Positions 13,575-25,595 of a DNA stretch of 64,000 nt are shown here, piece after piece. The notes under the pieces were generated by a model. That model searched no databases. It was not told the origin of the DNA and worked only from the letters and a program-made list of their open reading frames with translations. Source of the stretch: Octopus vulgaris (Eukaryota); contig OX597833.1 of NCBI GenBank assembly GCA_951406725.2, forward strand, positions 38,626,001 to 38,690,000, read 5' to 3'. How positions within the stretch are numbered: the first letter of the stretch is position 1; each line of letters begins with the position of its first letter. Both the position numbers and the translations under genes were made by a program.

Positions 13575-14429
13575 GGCACTGTCATGCCTTTAGTTGTCAG
13601 AAGTGAAAGTAGTCAACTTCGTGTATTTACGTCAGGTTTATACCTTCGTTAATTTACGCCGTTTATTTACGTACCACCACGTTGTTAGGTTTATATAACA
13701 ATTAGGTTTATAAAGTTTATAAATAAATACATTTCATTCCATGTTCTGTTTAAACTTTATAAATAAATATATTCTTGCATTATTCATTATTGTTTTTAAA
13801 AAAGAAATCACACCAAATCTGCACAAATGACCACCACCACCACCGCGATCACAATAAACAATGGAAGTTCAGTTTAAAGTTAATAAATAAATACATTTCA
13901 TGTGTAATGTATACACATGTATATATATATATATATATATACATGTATAGACACATCTTTAATTAAACTATTGACCGCCTTAAAACAGATTTCAACAGAC
14001 AAATATTACTATGATGGATAATATAAGCATATAACTACTTATACACACATACAATAAATACAGACACACACACACACATTAGTCAGACATATAGCCACAT
14101 ATACACACACATTAGTCAGACATATAGCCACATATACACACACACACACGTGTGTATGATTGGTGTATGTGATCGCGGTGGTGGTGGTGGTCATTTGTGC
14201 AGATTTGGTGTGATTTCTTTTTTAAAAACGATAATGAATAATGCAAGAATATATTTATTTATAAAGTTTAAACAGAACATGGAATGAAATGTATTTATTT
14301 ATAAACTTTATAAACCTAACAGCGTGGTGGTACGTAAATAAACGGCGTAAATTAACGAAGGTATAAACCTGACGTAAATACACGAAGTTGACTACTTTCA
14401 CTTCTGACAACTAAAGGCATGACAGTGCC
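13575..14429. mobile_element. Merlin-like MITE with about 270-bp TIRs and 8-bp TSD
   Basis: Ends GGCACTGTCATGCC..GGCATGACAGTGCC. Arms 13575-13853 and 14168-14429. TSD GAAATTTT at 13567-13574 and 14430-14437. The GGNRM terminus fits Merlin. Confidence 0.8.
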
Positions 14430-14556
14430 GAAATTTTTGACACCGAGTAATAAATTTTTTCGTAAACTTAGCTGTTATTTTGAGCGTTTTTGAATGACAA
14501 ATAACGTGTCTTCCGCGCTTCAATTATATTTAATCTTTATCATTCTAAGTTATGTA

Positions 14557-14593
14557 GTCGCTTCTCGGTCTTTTGGCTCAGATCAAAGTGTAG
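14557..14593 (+). pseudogene. 5' fragment of U2 snRNA (3'-truncated retropseudogene)
   Basis: GTCGCTTCTCGGTCTTTTGGCTCAGATCAAAGTGTAG versus U2 ATCGCTTCTCGGCCTTTTGGCTAAGATCAAGTGTAG. Similarity stops at the branch-point recognition sequence. Confidence 0.85.
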
Positions 14594-15127
14594 CATCATT
14601 TAAATCATATAAAGTGGTAAAGGAAAATTACTAGCGCATAAATAACAAGAGTTACCTCCCTCTCAAATAGGGTTTAAAGTTTCTTAGAAGGGTAGGAGGT
14701 GCGAGAGTGTATAACAAGGGACATAACTCTAATAGTTATTTTTATATCGTTAAAATGCAAAAGCAGCATTTATAGCAATGAAGCGCGTAATTAATTACCA
14801 TAGACAATTAACTTGATAGTCATTTCAAAACATTGAATCGTGTTACTTGGGAATAATTTCGTATTACTTCAACGAGAAACTTAAGTTGGTCCGCGAACAA
14901 CACGTAAGAGCCATCGAGTGTATTATTTATTTTGGGGAAGTTTCTGTTGACAAATTCACCGTAGAAATGTGTCTTGTGTAAAAAGCTCCAGATAAAATTC
15001 GAATAGATATCTCGATAGCTTGTGAAGTTAGCGAATAAATTACCATTGCTAACACTTACATACAAATATGCAGGAGATTCAATACTTGACAAATAACTGC
15101 AAAATGTTTACTACTAAAAATCGTTGA

Positions 15128-15200
15128 GTCCCTGTAGCGCAGGGGATAGCGCGCTGGACTTCTAATCCAGAGGTCGTGGGTTCGAATCCCACCAGGGATG
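15128..15200 (+). tRNA. tRNA-Arg(TCT), intronless, copy 3
   Basis: Identical to copies 1 and 2; TTTT terminator at 15212. Confidence 0.97.
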
Positions 15201-15349
15201 AGGTGTTAACATTTTAGTTGTATGATTGTAGAAGGTTATCTCACATGATTTTTCTTGTTTATTGGCTACCGGCTGTTTAACACAACAGTATTGAAGTGAA
15301 ATACAAATGCTGTGAAGAGACATTTATTGTGACAATTTTTTTATAGACG

Positions 15350-15940
15350 CAAGGCGGTGAGCTGTCCAGAAACGTTAGCACGCCGAGAGGGAAGTGTTTA
15401 GCGGTATTTCTTCTGTCGTTACGTTCTGAGTTCAAATTCCGCCGGGGTCGACTTTGCCATTTATCCTTTCAGGGTCGATAAATTAAGTACCAGTTACGCA
15501 CTGGGGCCGATGTAATCGACTTAATACCTATGTCTGTCCTTGTTTGTCCCTTCTATGTTTAGCCCCTTGTGGATAATAAAGAAATAGGTATTTCGTCTGT
15601 CGTTAGGTTCTGAGTTGAAATTCCGCTGAGGTCAACTTTGCCTTTCATCCTTTCAGGGTCGATAAATTAAGTACCAGTTACGCACTGGGGTCGATGTAAT
15701 CGACTTAATCCTTTTGTCTGTCCTTGTTTGTCTCCTCTTTGTTTAACCCCTTGTGGGCAATAAAGAAATAAATGTTAGCATGCCGGGCGAAATGCTTTAC
15801 GTTCTGAGTTCAAATTCCGCCTGGGTCGACTTTGCCTTTTATCCCTTCAGGGTCGATAAATTAAGTACCAGTTGCATACTGGAGTCGATGCAATCGACTG
15901 GTCTCCACCCCAAGCATTTTGGGCCTTGTGCCTAGAGTAG
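15350..15940 (+). mobile_element. SINE with an internally triplicated body (about 180-bp units)
   Basis: Three repeats of TTCTGAGTT[C/G]AAATTCCGC..TTTGCC..TCC[T/C]TTCAGGGTCGATAAATTAAGTACCAG. Confidence 0.75.
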
Positions 15941-16289
15941 AAAATAATTTTTTATAGGTTTGACTTCCTCTGCCGTCATCAGTTCATGTGAGTTCAATTT
16001 CATTGCATGATGAATTGCATAGTCTGGCAGGGTCTATGATAGATGTGTGATGGCATGGAGAGTGTGCGGATAGGTATGTGAGGGAGAAGGTAGGGACTGC
16101 AGTGGGTGAGGTGCATAAGGGAGAGTGGAAGGGAGGGTCCTACAGCAGGTGGTGGGGCTGTTGGGAAGATGGGTTGTAGGTGAGTTTGAGAGAGAACAGT
16201 TTATGTGTGTGAGTGAGGGAGGAGGAGTAATGGCTGTGAAAGACATGTCTGTATGTATGGATGGCAGTGATTTTACTTAGTTGAATGTG

Positions 16290-17424
16290 TCTTCTAAAGC
16301 ACAGCAAATTGCCAAAAGTCTCGGTCACTTGTCATCTTCTCTGTGAGGCTCAACATCATCTCATGTCTTCTTGGGTCTGCCCCTTCCACAGGTTCCCTCC
16401 ATGATTAGAGATCAGCACTTCTTCATGCAGCTGTCCTCATCCAAATGTGTCACATGACCATATCAATGCAGTCTTCTCTTTTGTACACTATATCTGATGC
16501 TTCTTATACCCAAATCTTCTCTTAAATCATTTTCATTGTTGTACATGCACACTGACATTACCCATCCAGTGGCACCTGCTGGCTTCATTTCTTTCAAGCC
16601 CTTGCATGTCCTCTGTAGTCACAGCCTATGTTTCACTGTAGCACAGCTGTACATACACAGACATCATACAGTCTGCCTTTCATCCCGAGGAAGATGCCCT
16701 TTGTAGCTACAAAGCTAGTAACACTATGAACTTTGCCCAACCAGTTCTTATTCTAGCAACTATGCTTTCAGAGCATCCTCCTCTGCTGCTAACCTGGTCG
16801 CCTAGGTAACAGAAGCTATCTACTACTTATAAGGATTCCCCCCAGACATTTGAGGAAGTTTGTTTTTTATACATTCTTAGTGTTTATTGTACCTGGATAT
16901 CTGTCACACACAAAGACTATTCTCAGTTAATCTTCCTATTATACCGCTGTATCTTTTATGTGCCCATTGCTTCCACTGGGTTACACCATATGGCATTTCT
17001 ACCATCTTTCCCACATATCAAGCAGGGTCTGAATGGATTAGTAATTTGTCTGTTTCCCTATTTACTAGGACATTGGTCTTTGCTAAATTAACCCTTAGGC
17101 CATTTGATTCCAGATCTTGCTGGAAGTTATTCAGCTATAAGAATAAGGTCATCAGCATAGAGGAGCTCCAGTCTTAAATTCCTGTTATGGCCTGGAGGAC
17201 TATGATTAACAAGAGTGTACTAGGAACTGATCCTTGGTGAACTCTTACCTGTACACTAAATTTCTTGCTATGCTCATTGCTGACTTTCACCTTACTAACA
17301 GTGTCCTTGAACATGGCTTGTACAGCTCCCGTCAACCACTCATGTATCTTTAGCTTCTGCATTGACCACTAGATAAGTGAGTCACGAACCCTGTCAAAGG
17401 CTTAATTCATGTCAACAAATGCCT
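16290..17424 (-). mobile_element. RTE-clade LINE reverse-transcriptase fragment (decayed)
   Basis: Minus strand reads FVDMN*AFDRV..IHEWLTGAVQAMF..VRVHQGSVPSTLLLIIVL and ELLYADDLILIA (YADD motif at about 17148-17160), with stops and frameshifts. Confidence 0.85.
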
Positions 17425-18239
17425 AGTGAGTGGATTTGGTAGGCAGAAACTGAAAGAAGCCTGTTGTATATATATATATGTATGTGTGTGTATATGTTTG
17501 TCTGTCTGTGTTTGTCTCCCCAACATCACTTGACAACCGATGCTGGTGTATTTACATCCCTGTAACTTAGCAGTTCGGCAAAAGAGACCGATAGAATAAG
17601 TACTAGGCTTACAAACAATAAGTTCTGGTGTTGATTTGCTCGACTAAAAGATGGTGCTCCAGCACGCCCGCAATCAAATGACTGAAATGAGTAAAAGAGT
17701 ATATGGTTATACTGCAAGGCATGATCTGCCTGAGATGATTTGCATCCAGTTAGAATAAGCTTCATAGATGCTGATGACCTCTACACTGAAGACAATTCAC
17801 AATGTCACTTCAACTTCATCATTTTATATTCGCAGGTAAATAAAAAAAAAAAGAGGTAAAATTACCTGCTCAAGTCATGCTGACTCATAAGGGCTGATTT
17901 CCCAGCCTCAATAGCATACATATTCCCCACCTGGTTGGGATGCTGGTCCGTTGCAGGAAAAGTTACCTTTTCAAGTTACACTGACTCATAAGGCCCAGTT
18001 TCCTGCTTTCATGGTGAATATATTCTCCACCTGGATAGGACACTGGTTCATTGCAGGATTACTCATTTTTGCCATTTGAGTAGACTGGAGCAACACGAAA
18101 TGAAGTGTTTTACTTAAGAACATGTGTCATCCAGTTCAGAAATCAGAACCACAATCTTACGATCATAAGTACAACACCCTAACCACAAAGCCATGCACTA
18201 CCATTTTAAATTTACGTTAACAGAGGATGAAAGCAATTA

Positions 18240-18730
18240 CCGTAAATCCCCGAGTATAATACGCAGGGGATTTTTAGGGGGCTGCACCTCTGAAAAATCT
18301 AAACCTTGTGTATAATATGCACCCCTTCTCTAACTTGAGTTGTGCGTAATTAAGCCAGCAGCACCTAGTCGAACAAATACTTCCGTGCATGTGTAATACA
18401 ATAATGGTGATGTTCTTAACTGTTATATGGGAATGTAAATATGTTTGCAAATTGTTTTTGCTACATGTTATTCTGTGTTCTGAATACTTTTATTTTAAAA
18501 AATTATGCCTACTGCAAGTTATGGATGTTTCTTTTATGACTTCATTGCTTTCAGGCTTAGCTTAAGGTATTTTCGTGCCTGACATCACAAAATGCATCTG
18601 AACATTGCCGGACAACAGAGACATTGCTTAGAAAATAATTTTCATTTTTAACCTCGTATATAGTATGCACTAGGGATTTTGACCTTTAAATTTTGGGTGA
18701 AAAGTGCGGATTATACTTGAGGATTTACAG
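18240..18730. mobile_element. Tc1/mariner-superfamily (Tc2/pogo-like) MITE
   Basis: TA-flanked TIRs CCGTAAATCCCCGAGTATAATACGCA / TGCGGATTATACTTGAGGATTTACAG. Confidence 0.75.
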
Positions 18731-18890
18731 TATATAAAAGGAAATGTATGAGATCCAAGAGCAGACCCACAACATTGTTTGTTGTGGGCTGTCTACAGTT
18801 GAGGTTGTTATTAACTATTACTCCAAAGCATCTGATATTGTTGGATGCCATAAAAGGTTATTCTGAGGAATGAATATAATAGTTGTTTAA

Positions 18891-19864
18891 CCCTTTAGTA
18901 ATTCAAATTACTCTGTTAAATGTAATGCTTATTTATTCACATTGTTTTGAATTAATCAAGCATTATCTTATAGCTTTGAGATTTTGAAGATGTGATTCTG
19001 CGTTGCCTTACTAGCACTTGTGCTGTTGGAACGTGAAAAAACTTTTGAGCGAGGTTGTTGCCTGTGCCGCTGGACTGGCTCCTGTGCAGGTGGCACGTAA
19101 AAAGCACCATTTGAGCGTGGCTGTTGCCAGTACCACATAACTGGCCTTCGTGCTGGTGGCACGCAAAAGCACCCACTACACTCTCAGAGTGGTTGGCATT
19201 AGGAAGGGCATTCAGCTGTAAAAATTCTGCCAGATCAGATTGGAGTCTGGTGCAGTCATCTGGTTTGCCAGACCTCAGTCAAATAGTCTAACCCATACTA
19301 GCATGGAAAGCGGATGTTAAACGATGATGATGATGATTGTTTTTATTTTTGAAATGACATTGAGAAGACCCGTCAAGCCAAGTGAAATCATAGTCATAGC
19401 AGATGCCAATGTTGTGTACTTGGCACCTGTGTTGGAGGCACATAAAAGGCATCCTTCGAACTTTGGGCCTCACAAAAGCAGTGACAAGTTAGCAAGACCT
19501 TTGGCAATATACTGTGCTTGAGAAGACCTGTCAAGCCATAGTTGTGGCTGATGCCAGTGTCCTGTAATTGGTACCCATGCCAGTAGCACATAAAATGTAT
19601 TCACTACATTCTTGGAGTGTTTGGTGTTAGGAGAGGTATCCAGCTGTAGAAACCATATCAAAACAGATTGAAACCTGGTGCAGCTCCCCAGCTTACCAGT
19701 TTTCAGTCAAACTGTCCAACCCATGCCAGCATGGAAAATGGATGTTAAATGATGAAGATGATGATAATGATTGTAAGGTGCATGTGAGTGGTTGGATCTG
19801 GCCAGTTTGAACATAAAACTGGTAGGATATTTGGGCCAGATATGATTAGTTTAAATGCTGAAGG
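18891..19864. mobile_element. TTAA-flanked piggyBac-type MITE interrupted by RTE-tailed SINE insertions
   Basis: Starts TTAA|CCCTTTAG. The family body resumes at about 19765. Intact copies lie at 22560-22780, 44919-45144 and 55549-55767. Confidence 0.6.
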
Positions 19865-20328
19865 TCATGTTTATTTTGTAAAATGGATAAACTCAAACTT
19901 TTCTTCTTTTAGCAGCATATTATTTTGCTGCAAGTCAGGATTAGAGTTTGATTCAAACACTCACTCTGGTGATAACTTCTATGAAAACTTTTACTGTGAT
20001 GTGACTATGTAAATTATGAAGAGATGTGGGCCCAATTAAGTGTCTTGAGACACTAATGACTTATGCTTAACTGGAGTAAATTTCAGATATCACACAAATT
20101 TGGTTGTTTACCAAAAAATAATAAAATAAACACTTAATACAGTGTAATAATTATTAAATTCAAATTTTGAAACAGGGTCAGCTATTTCGGGGGAAGGACT
20201 AATTCGATTACATTGATCCCAGTGCTCACCTGGTACTTATTTTATCGAACCCGAAAGGATGAAAGGCAAAGTCGAGCTTGGCAGAATTAGGAACTCAGAA
20301 TATAAAGACAGACAAAATACTACTAAGC

Positions 20329-20695
20329 AGGTGTGGCTGTGTGGTAAGTAGCTTGCTTACCAGCCACATGGTTCCGGGTTCAGTCCCTCTGCATGGCACC
20401 TTGGGCCAGTATCTTCTACTATAGCCTCAGGCCGACCAAAGCCTTGTGAGTCGATTTGGTAGATGGAAACTGATAGAAGCCCGTCGTATATACGTATACA
20501 TATGTGTGTGTGTGTTTGTGTGTCTGTGTTTGTCCCCTCTGACATCGCTTGACAACCAATGCTGGTGTGTTTATGTCCCCGTAACTTAGCGGTTCGGCAA
20601 AAGACACCAAAAGAATAAGTCCTGGGGTCGATTTCCTCGACTAAAGGCAGTGCTCCAGCATGGCTACAGTCAAATGACTGGAACAAGTAAATGAG
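20329..20695 (+). mobile_element. Full-length tRNA-derived SINE (OK/OR-like)
   Basis: A and B boxes, internal (TA)/(TG) tract, 3' GCTCCAGCATGGC..GTCAAATGACTG tail. Near-identical copies at 54110-54498 (-) and 59696-60045. Confidence 0.8.
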
Positions 20696-21000
20696 TAAGC
20701 ATTTTGCCTGTATGCTAATGATTCTGCTAGTTCACTGCCTTACAGTGTAATAATTATTCCATAGATTCCAGTCTTTGATAGATTTTTCAAGAAAAGGCCT
20801 TGTTGAAGTCAATGTGTCTGTGTTTGAGAACTCTTGATCTAGACAGTCATATTCTGGGTTTCTGTAAGTAGATCATTACTGTCATATATCAGATGTGGTG
20901 TAATTCTCAGTTTTTTGTTATATGTTGAAGTATTGGCATATTATCAAATGGACACAGGTGCCAAGTGATATCTATGCACACACACACACACACATAAATA

Positions 21001-21212
21001 TGAGGGGGTGCTGAAAAGTTCCTGGCTTTGAGTAAAAGAAAATACAGGAGGATCAGATAATTATTTTATTCAATATATTCCTCTCAGATTCAAGCACTTA
21101 TTGCAGTGGACGTTCAGTTTTTCTAAGCCCCATAAAAGAACTCAGAAGGTTGGGTCTCCAACGAGGCCTTTCACAATACCCTTAAAGCCAGGAACTTTTC
21201 ATCAACCCCTCA
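21001..21212. mobile_element. Mariner-type MITE
   Basis: TA|TGAGGGGGTGCTGAAAAGTTCCTGGCTTT ... AAAGCCAGGAACTTTTCATCAACCCCTCA|TA. Confidence 0.8.
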
Positions 21213-21330
21213 TACATACATATTTGTATCACACATAAGTGTGTGTAAATACATAACCCTTTATCTTTTTACTTGTTTCAACAATTTTACTGCAGCCATG
21301 CTGGGGTACCACCTTGGTAAAAGTGAGGTT

Positions 21331-21447
21331 GCTTACAGCCTCTAAGTTTCTCAAGCAGTCACCCATCTTAAGTACTAACTATGCCCAACATTACTTAACT
21401 TCAGTGATCAGACGTGAACTGGTAGTCAATCTAATATGGCTGTAAGT
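21331..21447 (-). pseudogene. 5S rRNA pseudogene (full length, diverged)
   Basis: Reverse complement ACTTACAGCCATATT..CCAGTTCACGTCTGATCACTGAAGTTAAG..TGGGCATAGTTAGTACTTAAGATGGGTGACTGCTTGAGAA..GCTGTAAGC. It is collinear with metazoan 5S and the terminal helix is retained. No oligo-T terminator. Confidence 0.8.
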
Positions 21448-21527
21448 AAAGTGTCTATATATATATTCGCCATGTTAGATCGTTAGCCACTACACACATT
21501 TTTTCTCTCCTTGCTTTTTCTGTGTCC

Positions 21528-21563
21528 CTTTCTGTAGAAGAGCGTAGGCTCGAAACGTAAAAC
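21528..21563 (+). ncRNA. Minimal type-I hammerhead-ribozyme-like motif in a Penelope-like terminal repeat fragment
   Basis: CTTT-CTGTAGA-A-GAGC-GTAG-GCTC-GAAACGTA-AAA. Stem II is perfect and the ACGT stem III is palindromic; the core has T in place of A6. Confidence 0.5.
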
Positions 21564-21651
21564 ACTTTTTCTATTCCTGAGCGTTATACTAATACATCCG
21601 TTTGTTTTCTACACCACCTGTCTTTGTCTTTTGTTTTTTTTCGTAAACTCT

Positions 21652-21766
<115 letters not shown>

Positions 21767-23560
21767 TATACACTGACTTTTGCAAAAACTGGGCAGCAAG
21801 AAATGATGTGGTCAATTGTTATTATTATTATTATTTTCATAGTTACATCACTGTGGTACATCTTCATTGCATACTGTTGATTTTTGTAAATCCCATTCAA
21901 CAGTAATTTAACCTATTAGAAAATACTGGAAATAAGACAGGCTTATTTTCTTTAATGCTGAATAATGAAGAAAGCATTGCATGAGAGTGGTGTCACTCAT
22001 ATTGACCAAAGCTACTGATGAGATTGAATGCCAATAGGGGTTGCTTCATCAGGCATAGAGAGAGGGGGGAGGGAAGTTGGAAGAAATGAACAAAGAAGAT
22101 GTGAAGTGTTGAAAACAGTTTATTTATCATATGTACAAACAAATGGAATCAGATGGGTCAGAGACTTGAGGTATACACACTCTTTCTTTCTCTCTCTCTC
22201 GCTCTCTCTCTCACACACACACATACAGATGCAAGTATGGAAACACACATGCCTAGAGGATAAAGAAATATTCACACACAGTCACGCATCCAAAAGTATG
22301 GCTGAGTACGGAAAGATAAAACTGGGGTGGGGTGACAGAGCAGGGGGCATGGGGTGAGACTGAAGTAGAGAACTGGGGGGATGGAAAAAAAAAAAGAGAG
22401 CACCACCTGGAACTACTGTTTCAGCAATGGATGGGTATTTTTAAAAGACATTTAATAAATAAAAAAAAAAGGAGAAAAAAAAAGAAGCATAAAAGAGTAT
22501 CAGGTTGCTATGGTTCCTGTTGATAATACAACTTTTAAATGTTTGCAATGAGTTGTTAACTCATTAGCATTCTGATTACTTTGTCAAACATTATGTTTAT
22601 ATGGTCACATTATCTTGAATTACACATGCATTGTCTCACAGCTTGAGATTTCAATGATATGATTTTTTTAATTTTTAGAATGATATTGTAATGTAGATGT
22701 GAGAGGCTGGATCTAGCCAGATTGAATATAAAACAGGAAAAATATTCGGGCTGGATAGGGCTAGTTTAAATGCTAAAGAGACAATGTTAGTGTCAACTTG
22801 ATAACTATTCAGTATTAGGTGCCTTTCTCCTGGATATATATGTAGAACTAACTGGGAGTGAATAAGAACACATTGACCTTAATTTGGAAATAAAGGATTT
22901 CTAGTTCAAACCCAGTGTGGTATTATTTGCGTATCCAAGAATGTCTTAAACCTGATGACCAGAGAACAAGCCAACTGAAAATAGTCTAGACGAAAATATT
23001 ACAAAAATATTTAATTCCTAAAGATGAGGTTATTAAATCTGAAATAACCATGTTAATTAACTACTTTGAGATAACTAAGACTCTGTTAAGTATCCTATGC
23101 CCATCACAACCTCTGGTTGCTGCCATTAAGGACCAGGCTGTGTGTGCATGTTTAAAATAGTGTTCATTAACTCTTATAAGATGACTAACCCATCTATAAG
23201 GCCATTACATTCTGTATTAGAAAGAAGAAAAAAAAGGGCTGCTTTCTCCAAGAATATACGTGTGTGTATGTATATTCTGTAAAAATAGTAATATTTTTTT
23301 TATAAGCAATCACCATGCACTGACTAAGGTAAATAGTCTAATATTGCAGCATATAAGCCCTTGGTGTTGAGGGCTTCTATGCCTCAATATTAGACTAGTT
23401 TCTTTAGTCAATACACAGTAATCGCAGATAAGCTTTAAGCTTATAAAAAAATATTATTTATAGAATTGTAAAATTCAGCACCGCTTATAAAATCATCGCA
23501 CATACACACACCCACATGTATATTCAAATATATCTTAGAAGCAGCACGAGTGTTGTAAAT

Positions 23561-23912
23561 ATTATTGAACATACATACACAATGTATGTGCTTTGCTAGT
23601 TTGCTGGTTAGTTTTGATTTGACATTGTGGAGGTGACCCTCTCTAAGCATCAGGTGTTAAAACACCTGAAAGTCATAGTCATAGACAGGTGAGATGACCC
23701 ATCCCAAGTCTCATGTCCACCTGAAAAGCACAAAAATGATGAAACATTGATGTCCACCACTCCTGACTGGGACGTGGAGTAAGTTGTCTCACCTGCCTAC
23801 GACCATGACTTTCAGGTGTTTTAACACCTGGTGCTTTGAGAGGGTCATCTCTTTCATGTCACATCACAGCTGACCAGCAAAGTGCATACATTGTGTTTGT
23901 GTGTTCGATAAT
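23561..23912. mobile_element. Hairpin/foldback element with about 150-bp imperfect inverted arms
   Basis: GGTGACCCTCTCTAAGCATCAGGTGTTAAAACACCTGAAAGTCAT mirrors ATGACTTTCAGGTGTTTTAACACCTGGTGCTTTGAGAGGGTCATC, and the pairing extends outward. Confidence 0.7.
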
Positions 23913-25275
23913 GTGTGTGTGTGACTCACACACATATTATTTTAAAATAACACCCTTATTCATTCTTTTCTTATTTCTGGAAACTGAGCCAAACTTCTTT
24001 AGTGTGCTGAAGCATCCCATAGGCTTTGTCTTCCTAGAAAGGGTCAAAAGTCTGAAACTGGAATGAATACAAATCACACCAAAGTAGACAGGCAATACAA
24101 GTTACAAGCCAAGTAACAAGCAAAATAACTGCCCTAGAAGAACAATACACACTGAACATAAAATGGCAGAAATGTCTTGAGAGATTGTGTAGAAATTCTT
24201 TGGAAGCCTTTAAAACATTTGTCAAGTGTTTACATAGGGTCATTCTAGAATAATTTAGGAAAACTGGAAAGGGATAAAAAGCAATTAAATAAAAAAAAAA
24301 AAAAAAAGAAAAGAAAATTAACAGAAGAAATTTAATTTGAGATAATTTGAGAGTAATTCATATGGTCATCAGATTAAATTGTATATATTAAATTAATTGC
24401 CTGACACTCTCTAGAGGTCTCAATAATTTAAGAGCAAGGGAAACAAAAAAGAGAAAGAAGGGAAAGTTATTGTTTAGCCTCAGATCAGCACTGATAGAGC
24501 AGACAGTTCCATGATCAAAGGCTTATCAATGTGGCCTTCCTTTTTAAAGGAGACAGAGTTGTGATACGAGGGAGATTTTCGCTGCAGTTTCTAGCAGATC
24601 AAGTGACCATGTAGAGGATTCTCCATTGGCTTGAAGAACTTGTTTACTTCCGAGTCAACTTGTATCAAAGGGACTTACGAATAAAGGTGATCCAGAGCAC
24701 AGATCACAGTCATCCTGTCTGTATTAATTGCCTGCTATTTCTTGCAAGTCAAGTGACTATGTAGAAGCTTCCTCAAAGATGATAGGTGGAGTAAGGAAAG
24801 AAACTCTGAACAGAGAGAGAGAGAGAGGTGGATAGATGCAAGGAGATCTGGTATTACAAGAGCAGGAAAATAAGAATATCATAGAAGTTCAGGCCTCACT
24901 TGTCTTAGAGTCCTTTGTCCCTGGTAACAAAGGGATCACCTGTTAAGATCAGGAGTAGAAGACTGAAAAAGGGAAAAAGAAGGGGGCAGGAATCAAACTT
25001 GGAGATACACACACACACACATGCAAATTCAATCAGCATGTACATACAAACTTTTTATATATACATAACATGGGAGGCATGTATGAGAAGATATAGAAAT
25101 ACCCAGTATATACATATACAAGTTTCCTTAAGTTATACACACTGTTATGTATATATACTTATGCAAACGTGCATACATAAACACATACATACAAACACAC
25201 ACCATCCATCTATCCATCCATCATCAAACATTTCTACATATATATGAAACTTTTTGATGCACATGTATGTATGTA

Positions 25276-25319
<44 letters not shown>

Positions 25320-25550
25320 TGGATGTGTCTTTATGTATATGCTCTTATAAATGTAAGTTACTTTTATGTATAAGTAGGTGTTCACAAGTGTCAACACTTG
25401 CATACACAAAAACACCTCTTGATGTAGAAGGTATATATACATTTAAAATAATGGCTTTATATATATATATATATATATGTATACATATATACATATATAT
25501 ATATACACACACACATATATGCATACACACACACACACTCATACATACAC

Positions 25551-25595
<45 letters not shown>

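Noticed and set aside
20329-20410. Additional tRNA genes at SINE heads
   Set aside because: A and B boxes are present, but there is no complete cloverleaf and the sequence continues into SINE bodies.
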